The notes under the pieces: generated by a model
Database searches by the model: none
Seen by the model: only the letters and a program-made list of their open reading frames with translations
What the model was told of the DNA's origin: nothing
DNA from: a virus
Virus record (IMG/VR): IMGVR_UViG_3300021197_001902
Coordinates: 26,733 to 90,732 of that record
Length of the DNA: 64,000 nucleotides
Strand: one strand, 5' to 3'
Program-made: the position numbers and the translations under genes
Part shown: positions 58,810 through 64,000 of the stretch, one piece after another
Numbering within the stretch: position 1 is the first letter of the stretch
How the letters are laid out: every line of letters starts with the position of its first letter

Positions 58810-60744
58810 ATGACCACAACAAACAAATTTCTTGAATCGGTTAGAGAACACCGTGAGAGTAAGAAAACAGAAAAGTTCTCTGGGGTACTGGAAGACTACC
58901 TGCGTTTAATTGAGAAAGACAAGGGTATTCCCGCTCTCGCTCATAAAAGACTTTATGAGAAGATTTTATCAGAGGGCTTAACCATCTTGGACGAGACTGA
59001 TGGTCGTTGTAACAAATTGTTCAACGGCGAGAGGGTAAAGACATATGATTACTTCTCAGACCAGTTCTTTGGAATGGAACGGCCACTAGAAAAAGTTGTC
59101 CGCTTTCTGCATTCGGCTGCAATGAAGGGTGAAGAGAGTCGACAAGTTCTTTTGCTCCTTGGTCCAGTAGGCGCAGGTAAATCTGCTCTCGTAGAACACA
59201 TTAAGGGCGCCCTCGAAGAGTGTGATCCGATTTATGTGTTGGATGGTTGTCCAATTAGAGAAGAACCACTTCACTTAGTTCCGCGCTCTTTACGTGAGGA
59301 GTTTGCTGAGTCATACGGTGTCAAGATTGAAGGTGACCTTTGTCCCGTTTGTCGTCATCGTCTTATCAACGAGTTTGGTGGCGACTATACTAAATTCCCA
59401 ATCACTCAGAAGGCGTTTTCTGTACGAGGTCGAAAAGGTGTTGGTGTTGTCCCTCCCATGGATCCCAATACACAGGATACAAGTCTTCTTATTGGTTCCG
59501 AAGATATTTCGAAGCTTGATCTCTATCCCGAAGATGATCCGCGAGTACTCTCACTTAACGGAGCTTTCAACGTCGGCAACCGTGGCATCGTAGAATTTGT
59601 TGAGGTCTTTAAGAACGAGATCGAATTCCTTCATACAATGATCACAGCAACCCAGGAGAAGAATGTTCCTTCCCCAGGTAAGCAGGCAATGATCTACTTT
59701 GATGGTGTCATCCTTGCGCACTGTAATGAAGCAGAGTGGAACAAATTTAAGGCTGAGCATACTAATGAAGCTATTCTTGATCGTATCGTTCGTGTTAACG
59801 TCCCGTACTGTCTTGAGGTTGATCAGGAAGTTAAAATCTACAAGAAGCTTATCGGCCGTTCTGACTTTGACTGTCACATTGCTCCACATACACTTCAGGT
59901 GGCCGCAATGTTTTCGGTTCTTTCTCGACTCAAGTCATCCAATAAGGTTGATGCCCTTACCAAGATGAAAATCTATAACGGTGAGGAAATCGTTGAGAAG
60001 GGTCTTATCAAGAAGGTTGACATCAAGGATCTCCGCGAGGAAGTAGAAGAGGAAGGTATGACCGGTATCTCTACTAGGTTTGTTATGAAAGCGATTGATG
60101 CTGCTCTGGCCGATTCAACCAAGAATATGATCACACCAATTTCTATTCGTGAATCACTTATTAAGCAGGTTAAGGAGCAAATCGTTAGTCCAGATGAAAG
60201 AAAGCGATGTCTGCACTTCCTACAGAAGGTTCTTCATGAAGAGTACCTCTCTATACTTGAGAAGGAAATTACAAAGGCTTTTGTAACAGCGTATGAGGAA
60301 CAGGCGGAGTCTCTCTTTAATAACTATCTTGACCATGCTGAGGCTTATGTCAACGCAACCAAGGTTAAAGATCAGGTGACCAACGAAGAGATGGAAGCAG
60401 ACGAAAGGTTCTTGGCTTCGATTGAAGAGCAAATTGGAATTAAGGGATCGGCAAAGAATAACTTCCGTGCTGATATCACTTCTTACATGTTTGCGAAGTT
60501 ACGTCGTAATGAGACTATTGATTGGCGTTCTTACGGCCCACTCCGCGAAGCAATTGAAAGCAAGCTTGTTGCTTCGGTTAGGGATATATCTCGCATTGTA
60601 ACCAAGTCGAAAAGCCGCGATACCAAGCAACAGAAGAAGTTTAATGCAATGGTGCTGACCCTTATTGATAACTACGGTTACAATGAGGACTCTGCAGAAG
60701 AGGTAATTAAGTTTGCTTCGAATAACCTATGGCGCGACTCATAA
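58810..60744 (+). CDS. yeaG: PrkA/YeaG AAA+ serine kinase/ATPase
   Basis: GPVGAGKS Walker A, CPIREEPL, NRGIVEFVEVFK, NEAILDR, EGMTGISTRF. Confidence 0.93.
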   Translation: MTTTNKFLESVREHRESKKTEKFSGVLEDYLRLIEKDKGIPALAHKRLYEKILSEGLTILDETDGRCNKLFNGERVKTYDYFSDQFFGMERPLEKVVRFLHSAAMKGEESRQVLLLLGPVGAGKSALVEHIKGALEECDPIYVLDGCPIREEPLHLVPRSLREEFAESYGVKIEGDLCPVCRHRLINEFGGDYTKFPITQKAFSVRGRKGVGVVPPMDPNTQDTSLLIGSEDISKLDLYPEDDPRVLSLNGAFNVGNRGIVEFVEVFKNEIEFLHTMITATQEKNVPSPGKQAMIYFDGVILAHCNEAEWNKFKAEHTNEAILDRIVRVNVPYCLEVDQEVKIYKKLIGRSDFDCHIAPHTLQVAAMFSVLSRLKSSNKVDALTKMKIYNGEEIVEKGLIKKVDIKDLREEVEEEGMTGISTRFVMKAIDAALADSTKNMITPISIRESLIKQVKEQIVSPDERKRCLHFLQKVLHEEYLSILEKEITKAFVTAYEEQAESLFNNYLDHAEAYVNATKVKDQVTNEEMEADERFLASIEEQIGIKGSAKNNFRADITSYMFAKLRRNETIDWRSYGPLREAIESKLVASVRDISRIVTKSKSRDTKQQKKFNAMVLTLIDNYGYNEDSAEEVIKFASNNLWRDS

Positions 60745-60751
60745 GCTCCCA

Positions 60752-60964
60752 CTAAGTATCAGCGTCAACAACGGAGGGGTCGGAAACGGCCCCTCCTGCT
60801 TTAATTACAACCAATGCATCTTTCTTGCACCATTGAGTGTGTTGTGGCGATCCTTGGAATACAACTTGAACCCAGGGGTTCTCGGGATCTAAGTCTCCGA
60901 ACATATCGATAACAACGCCGATTTGCCTTGTTTTTGCCCAACGGACTAAATCACCTTTTTTCAT
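60752..60964 (-). CDS. Small SH3/KOW-like protein
   Basis: MKKGDLVRW...GVV. Confidence 0.55.
   Translation of the reverse strand: MKKGDLVRWAKTRQIGVVIDMFGDLDPENPWVQVVFQGSPQHTQWCKKDALVVIKAGGAVSDPSVVDADT
60773..60802 (+). terminator. Hairpin terminator after yeaG operon
   Basis: GGAGGGGTCG-GAAA-CGGCCCCTCC followed by TGCTTT. Confidence 0.6.
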
Positions 60965-60980
60965 ATATTAACAAGAGAGA

Positions 60981-61505
60981 CTAATGATAGGTCTCGTCAT
61001 CACTCCCGGCAAAATTGAAAAACTTAGCCTCCGTGGCCTTTTCGGGATCGGATGATAAAACCAGCTCTTGTTTCTTGGTATCAACATACACCGAAACGTA
61101 ATCATCATCGGTTACATTCTTCATATCATCCATAGTAAGTTGAAAGTCTCCGTACTTAACAACCAGCGCAGTCAGGACCGAAGCCATCAGCGGCGCATCC
61201 TCATTGAAAGGGAGCATACCATCAACTAGTCCCACAGCATCGGGGTCAGCATCCGGAAGTCGATGAACTGCCGCCGAAGCTGCCGCAATTTTTTTCTTTG
61301 TTTCCGCGACTAATTTTTCATTTCTCAGTAGCTGGTCTTGTATGCTTTGATTAAACTCTCGTAATCCTTCACGGATAAGAGCATTCTCTCGCATCTTATC
61401 AAGGTTGTGTCGGGAAAGTTTATCATTGTTTTTAAAGCCCTTCCACAGTACAAAGGACAGACACCCATAAAATGCAAGAATAATCAGATGAACATACAGC
61501 AGCAC
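60981..61505 (-). CDS. Membrane-anchored hypothetical protein
   Basis: N-terminal TM segment, coiled coil; GGAG RBS. Confidence 0.6.
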   Translation of the reverse strand: MLLYVHLIILAFYGCLSFVLWKGFKNNDKLSRHNLDKMRENALIREGLREFNQSIQDQLLRNEKLVAETKKKIAAASAAVHRLPDADPDAVGLVDGMLPFNEDAPLMASVLTALVVKYGDFQLTMDDMKNVTDDDYVSVYVDTKKQELVLSSDPEKATEAKFFNFAGSDDETYH

Positions 61506-61942
61506 GATAAGATCTCCACCTATAACTAGTTGGTCAGAAACTTAAGAGCTTGGGCTCTTGAACGTAGCGTACCGGCCTACAGTAGGTCCCGAAAGCGAAG
61601 GCCGAGGCATAACTCCCATGTTAACGCACACAGGCATAAACGAACGCTCCAGCTCTTGCAGGAGTTACCTCCGTATTGGAGAGATGCACCTAGCAGCCAT
61701 CCGTAGGTGCGATTGATGCAAATATAAGGGATAGGGAGCATTTAGGTATGCGCCAAGATCCATATCATCGATCCGAGGATCGTAGCACAACACACATAGA
61801 ATACAGCTTCTGTCAATTCAGCATTTGATGATAGGATCTTGCGCATAACTCAATAAGTAGAGGGCAGTATACCAGAAAGCCCCAAAATGTTGTTATGGAG
61901 TTATGCACATATTGTGCCAATACATAAAAATCTGGAAAATTT

Positions 61943-62230
61943 CTACTGGAGTTTTTTCTTGGGTCTTGTTTTATAGTTTTGCAAACGCCCTGCACGACTC
62001 CGCGCGCGAAGGGATTCTTTCGAGTACCTGGGAAATGCTTCGAGATATGCCTCTAGAGCTTCCTCAGGTGTCGGACTATTGACGTCGAATCCTTGATTCT
62101 GAGCTGTGTGATTAGGTTCTCCCTTAAAGGAGATAGAGCGTGTAGCCCTCCAAGCGAAGTAGACCAACAGTCCACCCGGAATCAACACTGCTGCAATGAA
62201 TGCTATAGCATGTACTACCGGATTTGCCAT
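61943..62230 (-). CDS. Membrane-anchored hypothetical protein
   Basis: AAGGAG RBS; TM segment FIAAVLIPGGLLVYF. Confidence 0.6.
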   Translation of the reverse strand: MANPVVHAIAFIAAVLIPGGLLVYFAWRATRSISFKGEPNHTAQNQGFDVNSPTPEEALEAYLEAFPRYSKESLRARSRAGRLQNYKTRPKKKLQ

Positions 62231-62241
62231 TGTCTCTCTCC

Positions 62242-62394
62242 TTATCTCCGGCCTTGGCCTCTGTACTTCTTCTTATATCGCTTACTCTGCCCCTGCGGGC
62301 CCGGCATACCTGTCTTAGTATACGGACTTGCCCCAATTGACGTCTTCTTTTTCTTCTTATCAAGCTTTGTTGTACTTAAATTCTTGCGTGCCAC
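62242..62394 (-). CDS. Small basic phage protein (50 aa, KKYRGQG type; not in track)
   Basis: GGAGG RBS, GTG start, MARKNLSTTKLDKKKKKTSIGASPYTKTGMPGPQGQSKRYKKKYRGQGRR. Confidence 0.7.
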   Translation of the reverse strand: MARKNLSTTKLDKKKKKTSIGASPYTKTGMPGPQGQSKRYKKKYRGQGRR

Positions 62395-62709
62395 TGTTCT
62401 ACCTCCCGGAAAGGCGCTTTGTACTGCCTATTACTCTCATGATAGGATCCTCGTATGTCTCCATTCTACCTTAATTATGCTTGGAAGTATATTGTTTATC
62501 CTGTAATATCGAAAAGTCCCAAAAAATTGCCTGCGCATTGAAAACGTACTTAGGGCACTCTCCGGAGCCGGCTAGTTGCATAGCACATATATCGGGCGCC
62601 GGGGGCGGGGGGCCCCGGGGGGCTGTCAACACTATGTCAAGTGAGTTTTTATATTGTGTCAAACAATATATCTGTGAGTTATATGTAACCCGCAACCACT
62701 CACACTAGA

Positions 62710-62735
62710 TAAAAGAAAGCCCGCACGAGGCGGGC
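62710..62735 (-). terminator. Intrinsic terminator
   Basis: GCCCGC-CTCGT-GCGGGC followed by TTTCTTTT. Confidence 0.75.
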
Positions 62736-62757
62736 AATCTCACAGACTCACGCGCTG

Positions 62758-63204
62758 TTAGCTACGGCGCGCGCCCTTCCGCTTCTGAAGAGTCATCGGC
62801 GTGATAGTGTAGCTCACAGAATCATCCGCCTGTGATACATCAGCTTGCGCCGCTTCGACTTGCTCACGAAGCTCGGTGACCTTCGCGACGCTATCCGGCT
62901 CGACACCGATGAGAGCGCATGCCTTGATAGCACCGTCCAGCTTAGAGCGGAGCGCCTTCGATGCTCCGGCATCAGCGGCCGCAACGAAGCGACAAGGAAG
63001 ATTGAACTGTGTACGGTCGCGGACTGCGCTCGTGGACTCCTCGACAAGACCGCGCGGAGTCTGAAGCATCAGCGCGAGGCCCTCAGCATTTTCGTCCTCG
63101 TGCGAGTCGCGGACGTACTGGAGAGCGGTACCCAACGAAGCGAAAGCGAGGTCGGAGGTGGAGAGGTCGGAAGAAGAGACGATGAAGATGTTAGAGTTAG
63201 CCAT
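62758..63204 (-). CDS. GC-rich hypothetical (probable early) protein, 148 aa
   Basis: AAAGGA RBS before MANSNIF at 63204; own promoters and terminator. Confidence 0.7.
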   Translation of the reverse strand: MANSNIFIVSSSDLSTSDLAFASLGTALQYVRDSHEDENAEGLALMLQTPRGLVEESTSAVRDRTQFNLPCRFVAAADAGASKALRSKLDGAIKACALIGVEPDSVAKVTELREQVEAAQADVSQADDSVSYTITPMTLQKRKGARRS

Positions 63205-63258
63205 TTTTAGAGTGTCCTTTCGAGACGGTCGGGGCGTTGTTGCCCCTTCATTGTTTAT

Positions 63259-63426
63259 ATAATACCAAATATTCTGGTTTTTGTATCGGGCATTATCGTG
63301 CCCGATTGACTTTGTGGGAGCGCACAGAGCCGCGCGGGTTGCGTCGGCGTTGCTTTGTCGTTCCCTCATCGTCATACAAGTATTGTACCCGAAAAATCCC
63401 CTTTTGTATCGGGCATTATTGTGCCC
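63259..63426 (-). promoter_or_regulatory. Two tandem promoters, each CGGGCA-N6-TGCCCG palindrome + GATACA-17-TA(T/C)(T/A)AT
   Basis: Repeated TTTTGTATCGGGCATTATyGTGCCCG at ~63279 and ~63402; identical 17-nt spacing to TATTAT / TACAAT. Confidence 0.6.
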
Positions 63427-63670
63427 GGTCGAAAGCACTCGGTTTAGTTGTATGGTACAAGGGGAATGCTTGCGGCCCGCAAGGGTATGTTGGTGAGTTG
63501 CTTGCATGCTGCATGGACTCACGGCATGCTTTGTGATATGTTTGCATGCCGCATATACTCACGTTTTGCCCGTGCCCTAAGTTGATAGCATACCAGATAG
63601 CAGCTTTGAAACAATGATAGCAAGGTAGCTATCACCTAAAAGCACTATATACAGATTCACCCTAAACCAC

Positions 63671-64000
63671 CTAAGTCACAATTACATACTCTTCCTTCCT
63701 AGACAATACCTTAAACCTATAGTCCAATACAGTACCAGAAAGATAATACGAGTTCCACCTGGGAAGCATGTATTGTTCTACATGACTATTATTAGCAGTC
63801 CAGTCTACGTCTACTGTATCGTCCATTACTTTGGTTACAATACCAAGGATTTTTCCTGTGAAGTTTTCTGTGACTTTTTCTCCTCGGATTTCTTCTACTG
63901 TCACAAGATCTCCTGGCAAGATATTAGCTGCAAACTTTTTCTGTGACTTTTTCTCTACGCTTTTATTGAGCGGATATGTTCTCTGCCTTTTTGCCGCTCC
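63671..64000 (-). CDS. SH3/KOW-like hypothetical protein (frame open to right edge)
   Basis: PGDLV...GIV...V.W pattern similar to 60752-60964; no stop upstream within the window. Confidence 0.45.
   Translation of the reverse strand, partial: GAAKRQRTYPLNKSVEKKSQKKFAANILPGDLVTVEEIRGEKVTENFTGKILGIVTKVMDDTVDVDWTANNSHVEQYMLPRWNSYYLSGTVLDYRFKVLSRKEEYVIVT

Noticed and set aside
63864-63955. 19-nt direct repeat TTTTCTGTGACTTTTTCTC (two copies)
   Set aside because: Only two low-complexity copies at the window edge; cannot be called an array without flanking sequence

Overview
The window looks like a 64-kb segment of a large tailed dsDNA phage (myovirus-like, probably jumbo class). It is gene-dense, uses the standard genetic code and is almost entirely on the minus strand. 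From left to right: (1) a baseplate/tail module (1-18.8 kb) with a >2000-aa wedge/LamG protein running off the left edge, gp6-like and gp25-like proteins, a spike-like protein and an M15 peptidase, followed by a gp55-like late sigma factor; (2) a ~15-kb glycan-biosynthesis island (gmd, epimerase, aminotransferase, methyltransferases, CMP-sugar synthetase, sulfotransferase, and GT2/GT4/GT6/GT10/GT11/GT29 glycosyltransferases); (3) a nuclease, PhoH and metabolic genes interleaved with five tRNAs (Gly, Pro, Val, Ala, Thr), including a QueF homologue with no cysteine; (4) an 82-nt 'mini-tmRNA' that has only the tRNA-like domain, which is the most novel element seen; (5) a block of probable capsid-packaged internal proteins sharing an N-terminal leader, including a ligase-like/nucleotidyltransferase fusion; (6) an endolysin, HNH and lipid genes; (7) a plus-strand yeaH-spoVR-yeaG(prkA) operon; (8) a motif-rich non-coding region near 62.6-63.6 kb with a G-tract, ACTCAC repeats and tandem palindrome-associated promoters, possibly the genome terminus/early region. 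All family assignments come from motifs recognised by eye. No database searches were run.
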